Shown here one piece after another: positions 23,088-31,326 of a stretch of 64,000 bases of DNA. Positions within the stretch are counted from its first letter, which is position 1. The number at the start of each line of letters is the position of its first letter. The translations under genes were made by a program, and so were the position numbers. The notes under the pieces were generated by a model. It ran no database searches, was not told the DNA's origin, and saw only the letters and a program-made list of their open reading frames with translations. This DNA comes from a virus (taxonomy: Duplodnaviria; Heunggongvirae; Uroviricota; Caudoviricetes): IMG/VR virus record IMGVR_UViG_3300025327_000015. One strand, written 5' to 3'.

Positions 23088-24905
23088 TCAGCAGCTAAGG
23101 GCCGTTCCGAGGGCCGGGAATTCACCACTCGGGCAGATACCCTGAACCACCCAGAGAGCACCCTGTGCAGGGCCGAGACGAGCCACGTTCTCGAACGTCT
23201 CCCCGAAGAGCTGGTAGTCGTTCGTCGAGTTAAGCGTGGAGTCACGGACAATCCCGAGTTCGAGCGATCCACCATCAACATGGATAAACTCGCCCTCCGG
23301 GAACATCGCCCACTGAATGTCATCCGGGAAGTCGTCTAGAGCAGTGCCCCCTACTTCGTTGGCAAAGCCCTGAGACGTATCACTCCCGATGTCATCGAGA
23401 TACCACGTAACCGAGATGCCATAACGATCCAGAAGCGCCGCTGCCTGTGCCTGCGCCTGAACGCGATCGAACTGCGTCATCGCAAAGTCTGCAGCCAGCA
23501 GATCCGGAAGGTACTGAGGCAAAAGCACCCGGAAACGAGCATCCTGAGTCATGCGCAGACGGAAACGAATTGCCGCCTGTGCTTTCGTCAGTGCATGCAC
23601 AAGATCAGCGAATGCACCGAGAATTTCTGCCTGTGTAACACTGATCGAAAGTGCTTTGATCCGATCAAGCAAGTAACCCTCTGCGGAACGGGCATGTGCA
23701 GCCATCGTCAGATCGTTCTCATGCGCGATCTTCTCTGGCCACGCCCGCGCGTTGAGGTTTCCATATTCGCGGCAGTGAGAGATAATCGTGACTGCCGTTT
23801 CCGTATACGCCGGGCAAGTAAGGTCCTGACAGGACTTGGTAGCAAAGGTGCCACCAAGAGCATCATCGGACTCCTCGATCACCGTAATTGCCGAAGTAAT
23901 GTCACCGATGATCGTCGCCGTCGGGACGTTCACCCCACCACGATCCGCCTGAAAAGACGGGAGCGAATCACGCACAGGACGCGCCTGAGAAGCGAAATTC
24001 GGCATCGTGTAGAGCGGAGTCAGCGGAGCGCAGAGACCACCGGATGCGACCAGTGCATCACTGCCATAGACCCCAGGAATGTTATTCGGAACAACCTGGG
24101 CAATTCTCTCGGCATTAGCACCCCAATCGCTGGCGTCAAGCACACGCTCCTCCGGGAACGTGAAGTTCGCCATTGCGATCCGGATCTTTTCCTCGACACC
24201 ACCCTGTTGCTTGACAGGCGGACCGCGCCGCACTGCCGTTGTCTTCATTACCCGCGCCAAGGAAAGACGATCGAGAGGCTTTCCGGCACGGACGTCTTGC
24301 AGTCCTCCAGCAGCAACAAGAACACCGCTGGTGTTATCCGGAAGCTGTCGTTCTTTAGAAGGACGGGGCGGCTGCCGACGAAGAGCAGTCTTCTTAACCT
24401 TATTAGGCTTCTTCGTTTCGGGTTCCTTTTCAGCAGAAGCAGTCACTGAGACAGGAACTTCAACTTCAGCCTCCTCCTCCTCTTCAACCTCTTCCTCTGC
24501 TGTCTCTTCAGCAGTTAGTTCGGCAGACTCTTCACCGTCGCCTTCTTCACTGCCGTCACCCTCGTCACCATCATCACCGTCGCCGTCACCTTCATCGCCG
24601 TCGCCTTCAGACTCTTCAGCAACAGCAAGCTGAACTTTGCGACGTTCAGACAAGACCGACTTTCTTTCCTGATATGCGGTATGAGCATCAACCCGAGCCT
24701 TCTGCTCGGCAAGAATGCGTTCGATTTGCTCAACACCTTTTTCATATTGCGCAAGGACTTCTTCGGCCTCCATATCCTTGATGAAGTCCTCATCTTCTTG
24801 ATCAATCAACTCTGCAGCAATCTCATGTTCCTGAAGAAGATTCGCTAGTTCTTCATCAGAAAGCGAACTGAGATCTTCTGGAAGTTCTGGGAAAAGCGGG
24901 TCCAC
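23088..24905 (-). CDS. major capsid protein with fused acidic scaffold-like N-terminal domain
   Basis: N-terminal about 230 aa coiled-coil plus extreme acidic tract (EGDGDEGDGDGDDGDEGDGSEEGDGEE, EEEVEEEEEAEVE), C-terminal about 350 aa globular domain of major-capsid size. Confidence 0.4.
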   Translation of the reverse strand: MDPLFPELPEDLSSLSDEELANLLQEHEIAAELIDQEDEDFIKDMEAEEVLAQYEKGVEQIERILAEQKARVDAHTAYQERKSVLSERRKVQLAVAEESEGDGDEGDGDGDDGDEGDGSEEGDGEESAELTAEETAEEEVEEEEEAEVEVPVSVTASAEKEPETKKPNKVKKTALRRQPPRPSKERQLPDNTSGVLVAAGGLQDVRAGKPLDRLSLARVMKTTAVRRGPPVKQQGGVEEKIRIAMANFTFPEERVLDASDWGANAERIAQVVPNNIPGVYGSDALVASGGLCAPLTPLYTMPNFASQARPVRDSLPSFQADRGGVNVPTATIIGDITSAITVIEESDDALGGTFATKSCQDLTCPAYTETAVTIISHCREYGNLNARAWPEKIAHENDLTMAAHARSAEGYLLDRIKALSISVTQAEILGAFADLVHALTKAQAAIRFRLRMTQDARFRVLLPQYLPDLLAADFAMTQFDRVQAQAQAAALLDRYGISVTWYLDDIGSDTSQGFANEVGGTALDDFPDDIQWAMFPEGEFIHVDGGSLELGIVRDSTLNSTNDYQLFGETFENVARLGPAQGALWVVQGICPSGEFPALGTALSC

Positions 24906-25023
24906 TTCGTACTCCTTTCGACACGGTAAAAACTTCGCGTCGAAGTCCTGTGGACTCCGCGTAACGGATTAGCGCTATGCGCGTTCCTCGTCGAAGAAAT
25001 TAGAACAGACGCTGCGGTCGTTA

Positions 25024-25052
25024 CTTGCACTCAATCTAAAGCTGTGGTATAA
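25024..25052 (+). promoter_or_regulatory. sigma70-like promoter
   Basis: TTGCAC-17 nt-TATAAG. Confidence 0.3.
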
Positions 25053-25227
25053 GTGCCGAACTGCAAAGGCGACGGCCTGCGCAGGGGGTGGCACGAAGAG
25101 CCCTTCTCCGATGGGGCAAAGGCACTCCGGGGGAGACATCCCTACCCGATGGGGTAAACGGAGGTCCGGCGTTATCGATTACATAGCTAATCGGAGCGAC
25201 CGGTGGAGGGAGCTAGTCCCTCTCCCC

Positions 25228-25256
25228 ACTGAAAAGACCCGCTACGGCGGGTCTTT
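25228..25256 (+). terminator. Rho-independent terminator
   Basis: agacccgc-tacg-gcgggtct hairpin followed by TTTTCTTT. Confidence 0.55.
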
Positions 25257-25321
25257 TCTTTGATATCATTACTATCGGCTGGGCCGAAGAGCGTGGTTCA
25301 TCTCCTTATAAGAGAGAGGTC

Positions 25322-25372
25322 ATTGGTTCGAATCCAATCATTGCCTTGGGTGATGTAGCTCAGTGGTAGAGC
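25322..25372 (+). ncRNA. permuted tRNA-like module: T-arm + acceptor-3' strand, 2-3 nt loop, acceptor-5' strand + D-arm (candidate Y RNA tRNA-mimic domain)
   Basis: attgg-ttcgaat-ccaat then cattgcc / tt(g) / ggtgatg ta gctc agtggta gagc; the two acceptor strands pair 7/7 with two G-U. Confidence 0.45.
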
Positions 25373-25605
25373 GCTAAAGCTCCACACTCATTTCATGCCC
25401 GCCCTATACACTTTGATTCGCCTCCGGCAAGAGGCGATGAGAGATGGGCCGAAGAGGAATTGTTCTCACTGGTCAAAGCGGCAAGGCCCCGAAGTACGCC
25501 GCACGGAGCACTAGTGGCTCCGTAAGATCGATTCTTCACACCACGCCCTCTCTCTGTTAGATTTACTCCTGCGAATGGGTCGAAGTGAATGGTTCATCCG
25601 GTACT

Positions 25606-25690
25606 ACCGGGGTAGCTCAAGGGTAGAGCACTGGCTTAGAGCCAGAGGTTAGTGGTTCGAATCCACTCCTAGAACAACCATTGACATAAC
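25606..25690 (+). ncRNA. tRNA-like element (D-arm, anticodon-like hairpin with loop cttagag, T-arm) lacking a pairable acceptor stem
   Basis: gctc-aagggta-gagc; ctgg-cttagag-ccag; agtgg-ttcgaat-ccact; flanking 7-mers accgggg and cctagaa are not complementary. Confidence 0.3.
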
Positions 25691-25705
25691 ACATCCTTCG
25701 CTTTT

Positions 25706-26209
25706 ATGGGTTATCATCGGCCCATGCGGTCAGTTGAAGAGCGTTTCTGGGAGAAAGTAGATCGCTCAGGAGACTGCTGGCTTTGGATCGGCACAAAAGA
25801 CAAGCACTACGACTATGGTCGCTTTCGCATTGGAACAAAATCAACTGACAAGAAAGAGCGTGCTCACCGTGTAGCATGGATGTTGATTTTTGGCCCAATC
25901 CCAGATGGCATGTGGGTACTTCATCACTGTGATAGACCTGCCTGTGTTCGTCCAGAGCATCTCTTCCTCGGCACAAACTCAATGAATCAAAAAGATGCAT
26001 ATCGTAAAGGTAAACATGACTATCTTCACAAACAAGGTCGCAATAGCGGAGAAAAAAATGGAAGCTCGCGACTTACTAAAGAACAAGTTCTGGAAATACG
26101 TACAAGTCATAAGTCACAGTATGCGCTCGCAAAACGATTTGGAATCTCACAGCCAGCTATCTCATACATCCGATCAGGGAAGACCTGGCGACACTTGCTA
26201 GAGTGCTAA
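25706..26209 (+). CDS. HNH endonuclease with C-terminal HTH
   Basis: HRVAWMLIFGPIPDGMWVLHHCDRPACVRPEHLFLGTNSMN HNH_3 motif; similar to 8583..9038 product. Confidence 0.65.
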   Translation: MGYHRPMRSVEERFWEKVDRSGDCWLWIGTKDKHYDYGRFRIGTKSTDKKERAHRVAWMLIFGPIPDGMWVLHHCDRPACVRPEHLFLGTNSMNQKDAYRKGKHDYLHKQGRNSGEKNGSSRLTKEQVLEIRTSHKSQYALAKRFGISQPAISYIRSGKTWRHLLEC

Positions 26210-26334
26210 TTGCGAGTGGGCCGGAGGATCTACGGGTTATCTTCTGTCAAAAGACAACCCCGTATCCGTAATCACGCCCCTCGTCTGCTAATCTCCTGAG
26301 CGCGAGTGGGTCGAACGAGATTCGGTTCTCCCGT

Positions 26335-26390
26335 CATTGGTTCGATTCCAATCGCGCCCATATCACGGGCGCGTAGCTCAGTTGGTAGAC
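26335..26390 (+). ncRNA. permuted tRNA-like module upstream of rsr (candidate Y RNA tRNA-mimic domain)
   Basis: attgg-ttcgatt-ccaat cgcgccc a / tatcac / gggcgcg ta gctc agttggta ...; acceptor strands perfectly complementary; followed by tcctc-GGAA-gagga tetraloop hairpin. Confidence 0.45.
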
Positions 26391-26601
26391 GCAGAGTCCT
26401 CGGAAGAGGAACCCCCGAACTCACAACATATCCCTCGCGATTTGCATCGCTTTCTGTAGATGTGGTACAGTTACAACTGCTACTGAGCCGAAGGGTCAGT
26501 CGGTTATCTTGGCAATAAGAGCAGCCCGTGACGCTCGGGACACCCGACTCCCACACCATGCTCGTAGCTTCAAATCAACTCTTGCCGGGAGGTACAACAC
26601 G

Positions 26602-28182
26602 ATGTCTGATTATCTGACTCGCTACGGAACACGCGTCACGCCGCAGTCTGAGCGGATGCGTGAAGATCAGGTTCTCAACGAAGCTGGCGGCTTTGTTTGG
26701 GAGATCGACGCCTGGGCGCGGATGCGTCGTTTCCTAATTCTCGGAAGCGAAGGGGGATCGTATTACGCTTCCGAATTCCAGGCAACGAAGGATTCGGCTG
26801 CTGCTGTACGCCAGTGCATCAAGGAAGATGGTCTGCGTGCAGTAAAGGAGATCGTAGAAATCTCGCAGAAGGGCCGGGCTCCAAAGAATGATCCGGCACT
26901 CTTTGCGCTTGCCTGCGCGATTTCACTGGGTGATAAGGAAACGCGCTCGGCAGCTGCTGAGGCGCTACCTCTTGTCGCCCGTATTGGAACACATCTCTAT
27001 CATTTCGCCGCCTACGCGGAGACGATGCGCGGTTGGGGCCGGACGATGCGCTGGGCTGTTCAGAACTGGTATGACCGCAATCCCGAGCAGCTTGCACTTC
27101 AAGCGATCAAGTATCGTCAGCGAGATGGCTGGTCGCACCGTGATCTCTTGCGCCTAGCACATCCTTCTCGAAATGAAGAGACAGCTTCGCTCTTTAACTG
27201 GATCACGAAGGGTGTTCCAGAGGAAGGCAAATCTCTATCTGAAATCGTGGGAGGTTTTGAGCAGGCACAAAGCGCTACCACGCCACAGATAACGGCAAAT
27301 CTTGTCCGCGAGTATGGTCTACCACGCGAAGCACTCCAGACTGAGCATCTGAACTCGAAGGAAGTCTGGGCTGCGCTTCTAGAGATGCAGATGCCGATGA
27401 CGGCCATGCTACGTAATCTGGCCACCATGACACGAGTCGGAATTCTCGACTCGAATGATCATCGCAAGCTGGTTCTGAATGCCTTCGATAACCAGGAGGC
27501 GATCACAAACTCGCGTCTGCATCCGCTCGCCATTCTGATCGGAATGGAGACGTATGCACAGGGACACGGTATGCGTGGTCAGCATACTTGGAGCCCAATC
27601 GCTTCCATCGTGGACGCTCTCGACGGTGCTTTCTATAAGGCGTTCGGGAACGTGCAGCCTACTGGCAAGCGCCTACTCGTAGGTGTGGATGCTTCTGGAT
27701 CGATGCGAAGCGGAGTGATCGCAGGTGCTCCAGGAATGATGCCGGTTAAGGCAGCAATGGCAATGGCGCTCGTTTTCACTGCCACCGAGCAGGATGTCGA
27801 AACGGTGCTCTTCGATACCTCACTCTCGACATTCCCACTCTCTGCTCGACAGCGACTGGACGACGTTGTTCGTCGCCATCCAGGCCATGGACGAGGAACA
27901 GATGTCGCGCTTCCGATGCAATACGCAACAGCGAAGAACCGGCAGGTTGATGGCTTCGTTCTTCTAACGGATATGCAGACTTGGGCTGGTTATCAGCATC
28001 CAGCACAGGCGCTTCAGCAGTATCGCGAGCGTAGCGGTATTCCAGCACGCCTTGCCAGCGTCGCACTGATTGCTAATCGCTGGCAGGTGGCAGATCCACA
28101 AGATCCGCTAGCCTTCGAAGCAATCGGATTCGACACCGCTACACCAGAACTCGTTTCCGGCTTCGTTGCTGGTGAGTTCTAA
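26602..28182 (+). CDS. rsr: Ro60/Rsr ortholog (TROVE domain + vWA domain)
   Basis: Collinear similarity to human Ro60 throughout ([26 protein letters not shown] vs [75 protein letters not shown] MIDAS); GGGAGG RBS 7 nt upstream of ATG. Confidence 0.9.
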   Translation: [526 protein letters not shown]

Positions 28183-28355
28183 AGAAATCGGAGGATGCAT
28201 CTCCTGCCGAGACACAAGATGCATCCTCCGAGATATACGCGGGTAGCTCAGCCATGAAGACAATGCATCCTGCATATTTAGCAGGAATCATTGATGGTGA
28301 GGGCTCAATCTTTAATGGCCTCTTTGGGATGGGGCCATCATCCCTGTGATCAGCC

Positions 28356-28916
28356 ATGAAAAAAATCCCAACCATTTTTGAGCGCGACTGGGAGGGAGAT
28401 CGCTCGCGGGTTCTCAATCGAATTGTTCCCGGTTGCGAATGGGTATTCACTGGTGAGGGCATCGCTACGCGCAAATACGACGGCAGCGCTTGCATGGTCG
28501 AAGACGGTGTGCTCTGGAAGCGGCATGAGGTTCGTAAAGGAAAGCAAACTCCCGAGGACTTTCGTCTTGTTGAGGATGACTTGGAAACCGGCAAGACAGT
28601 CGGATGGATTCCCGTGAGCGACGGTCCGGAGGATAAATGGCATCGGGACGCTTTCGCCCGCGATATGACTCTGGCAGACGGAACCTATGAACTAGTTGGA
28701 CCAAAAGTTCAGGGCAATCCTGAGGGCTTCGAGCAGCACACTCTCATTCGTCATTCAGATGCTGAAACGTTTATCGTCTTGCGGCGTACTTTTGAAAGAA
28801 TCCGCGATTTGATCTCTGAACTCGATGTGGAAGGCTTCGTCTTCCAGCATCCTGACGGACGCATGGCGAAAATCAAAGGACGAGATTTCGGAATCAAACG
28901 TTCGAGTAAAGAATGA
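28356..28916 (+). CDS. small ATP-dependent nucleotidyltransferase, ligase family (KxDG ligase, RNA-ligase-like)
   Basis: Motif I KYDGSAC, motif IV EGFVFQ, motif V MAKIKGRD; 186 aa; stop overlaps next start (ATGA). Confidence 0.55.
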   Translation: MKKIPTIFERDWEGDRSRVLNRIVPGCEWVFTGEGIATRKYDGSACMVEDGVLWKRHEVRKGKQTPEDFRLVEDDLETGKTVGWIPVSDGPEDKWHRDAFARDMTLADGTYELVGPKVQGNPEGFEQHTLIRHSDAETFIVLRRTFERIRDLISELDVEGFVFQHPDGRMAKIKGRDFGIKRSSKE

Positions 28917-29284
28917 AACATTATACTCCTATAGGATGGATTTCTGAGCCAGAAGATGCGATTAAAGGCTGGGGTAACGAAGACGACTACAAAGATGTTC
29001 TTGAACAACTTAATACGACACCAGAAGATTTCCTATCAGCTGTCGTATATTCACTTACTTGGAATCTTAAAGACGCTGCTGCCTCGATTACAGGTATCTA
29101 CTGTGATCAATGGTGTGGAGTAGCTGGCAGCGGCGCCCCTCTTGAGACGCACGGTCTTCTCGCGATGACGGGAGAAGAGGGGAAGATAAATACTTGGTTT
29201 CAATGTGATAAACCTGAATGGGGAGTCGCAGCGACTTGGAAAGCCTTTGTAGAAAAGTTTGGGCTGCGAACGCAGGATGATTAA
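28913..29284 (+). CDS. hypothetical protein translationally coupled to ligase
   Basis: 123 aa; ATGA overlap with upstream gene. Confidence 0.35.
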   Translation: MKHYTPIGWISEPEDAIKGWGNEDDYKDVLEQLNTTPEDFLSAVVYSLTWNLKDAAASITGIYCDQWCGVAGSGAPLETHGLLAMTGEEGKINTWFQCDKPEWGVAATWKAFVEKFGLRTQDD

Positions 29285-29724
29285 CTCATGATTCTTGCGC
29301 GTTACATCCTACTTCTATACGGACCTGAGAAATCTAATAAAGAAACTGAAATACGTCTACCGCGTGTACTAGCAGACATGCCCGCATACCTAGAGGAGGC
29401 TGAGGAAAATCTGAATGATCTGCTTCCAGCAGACTTCAGAGTAGAGATTATTGAGAAATCTTAATGGTTAAATGGCGAAGCAAAAACACGATCCAGGAGT
29501 TATAAAAAGTAAGAAGAATCAGAAGAAACTGCCAAAAGACCTTCTCTGGAAAGAACGGAGGAAGCGGGCGTTGCCTCGGCTCTATCCCGGATGGGATGAG
29601 GATAAGTATCCACTTAGCGTTGTAAAAGCAGAACTCAAGCGCCGAATGATGTCCGAAGCCGAACGTCATACTTCTTCTTAGCCCGTGATGGGTTGCCCGT
29701 GAAGGGCCGAGCAAGGAGGGCAAG

Positions 29725-30003
29725 ATGCCCAAAGAAAGTGTGTACGGTTCTGTTCTTCCGCTCGATGAGTCTATTCCGGCTCATGAGTATGAGATGCAAC
29801 AGCCGATCATTGAAGTGCGCTGGGGCCGGTATCCAGAAAGCGATGTCCAGATCGTGACTCGGCGGAAAGGCTATGAGGTCGCGGTGCAAGAACCGATCAC
29901 ATGCGATTATGGCCTTTATGTCGATCTTGATCGTCCAGCGATCAATGATCTAATCCGTAAACTACGACGGGCTCGCGATCAGGCATTCGGTCGAGACGAA
30001 TAG
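29725..30003 (+). CDS. hypothetical protein
   Basis: 92 aa ORF, AAGGAGGG RBS upstream. Confidence 0.3.
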   Translation: MPKESVYGSVLPLDESIPAHEYEMQQPIIEVRWGRYPESDVQIVTRRKGYEVAVQEPITCDYGLYVDLDRPAINDLIRKLRRARDQAFGRDE

Positions 30004-30013
30004 AATCTGATTT

Positions 30014-30098
30014 GGAGGCTCGCAAGGCTGGCGTGCTCATCCGCCTTGAAAGCGGTGATGGTCGAAAGGCCGTACAGGTTCGATCCCTGTAGCCTCCG
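30014..30098 (+). tRNA. tRNA-Ser-like (anticodon UGA), class II with long variable arm
   Basis: Acceptor ggaggct/agcctcc, anticodon loop cttgaaa, variable hairpin ggtc-gaaa-ggcc, T-arm acagg-ttcgatc-cctgt. Confidence 0.5.
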
Positions 30099-30101
30099 CT
30101 T

Positions 30102-30184
30102 GGAGGGTCAAGTCTCAAGGAGAGACGGCGGGCTGCTAACCCGTTCGCGGTGCAAGCCGTGGGGTTCAAATCCTCGGCCCTCCG
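30102..30184 (+). tRNA. tRNA-Ser-like (anticodon GCU), class II
   Basis: Acceptor ggagggt/gccctcc (one G-U), anticodon stem cggg/cccg with loop ctgctaa, long variable arm, T-loop ttcaaat. Confidence 0.45.
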
Positions 30185-30310
30185 TGATAGAATTTCATTT
30201 CCGTGATAGGGGTGCATAGGGCTTTGGCGATCGTGCCCGCAGTCCGCGATTCGGGATGGTGACCTGAGCAGTTCGCGGTAAACGAGCGTCCTCTGGTGGA
30301 CCGGACAACC

Positions 30311-30336
30311 GGCCAACAAGAGCGGCTCTTGGAGCC
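30311..30336. terminator. bidirectional terminator hairpin between convergent genes
   Basis: aagagcggctc-ttgg-gagccgctctt perfect 11-bp stem, T-rich flank on minus strand. Confidence 0.45.
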
Positions 30337-30343
30337 GCTCTTG

Positions 30344-30730
30344 TTATTCAGGATATGTCTGATTCAGCCATTTGATACCACGTACTTGAATAATGAAAGC
30401 AATCTCTGACTGAGAAAGTCGTTTGCGCAGCATCTTTCGCTCACGATATCTGACATCACTTTCTCGTGAATCAATCAGATCATGGCAAGCTCTACAAAGA
30501 GGCACAATATTTGCATGTGCATTACGTACCATACGCAGATGCACAGGCTGCTTAAGAAACCATGATTCAGCGACAAGATGATGCCTGGTAAGTGGGCGCA
30601 CAAATGCGGGCCGAAGACACATTCGACAATGACCTTCAGCCCGCATTTTGTGTTCCGTCGTCTTCGGCGATTGCAGCGATACCGAAGGACGAGGAGCCCA
30701 GCGGTGCTCGATAACGAGCTTTCTGCTCAT
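30344..30730 (-). CDS. HNH endonuclease
   Basis: CRMC...TRHHLVAESWFLK...NIVPLCRACH. Confidence 0.55.
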   Translation of the reverse strand: MSRKLVIEHRWAPRPSVSLQSPKTTEHKMRAEGHCRMCLRPAFVRPLTRHHLVAESWFLKQPVHLRMVRNAHANIVPLCRACHDLIDSRESDVRYRERKMLRKRLSQSEIAFIIQVRGIKWLNQTYPE

Positions 30731-31179
30731 CCAAGAACCTTTCGCACCGCCGCCTCCGGCAACCAGTAAATCTTGTCAGACGGATTTTCGACGGCAGCCG
30801 TCAGCGCGACGGCAGCCAGAATATCACCGTCGAGCTTCGCCTTCTCAATCAGATACCAGCCGTAGCGCCGACGAATCTTGATTGGGATATCGGTGAGACG
30901 GACTCCTGCAACCGCCCCACCATTCCGGTCGGGCGTCACAGTGTCCTCCTTTGCGTTTAGCCCGAAAAGTCCTTGATGGGATTTTCGCTTTGGCGCTCGC
31001 AGTTATCCTGGAGCGTTTTTGCGATTGATCCTGCAAACTCGATACCGACCAACTCGTCTAGTAACGAGAAATCGAGTGTTATTCCCTCATGCGGGAATGT
31101 CGAGTAGGCCCAAGCTCTGGATGGCTTGAGCCTCAGATACAGGACTTCTCCGGTGTCATAACGCATGACGCTCATTGAC

Positions 31180-31249
31180 ACGGCTGGTAGGAATCGAACC
31201 CACTTCGTACCGGGTTGGAGCCGGACGAGACACCATGTCTCAGCCGTAT
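31180..31249 (-). tRNA. tRNA-Trp-like (anticodon CCA) with compact D-arm
   Basis: Acceptor acggctg/cagccgt perfect; anticodon stem ccgg/ccgg loop ctccaac; T-arm gtggg-ttcgatt-cctac. Confidence 0.45.
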
Positions 31250-31326
31250 AGTGGGCGGATTTTTCGAAGACCAGCACCGTCCAGCTGGCTTACGAACAGA
31301 TGCCTCGTGAGACATCTACCTTCTAG

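Noticed and set aside
25261-25345. tRNA 3'-end fragment as prophage attL/attR remnant
   Set aside because: The adjacent downstream 5' strand is complementary, giving a permuted layout. The same layout recurs with a different sequence at 26335. This is hard to explain by integration-site duplication, though not formally excluded.
30957-31277. 106-aa minus ORF as called
   Set aside because: The first about 34 codons overlap the tRNA-Trp-like gene. If real, it starts at the internal Met (about 31175).
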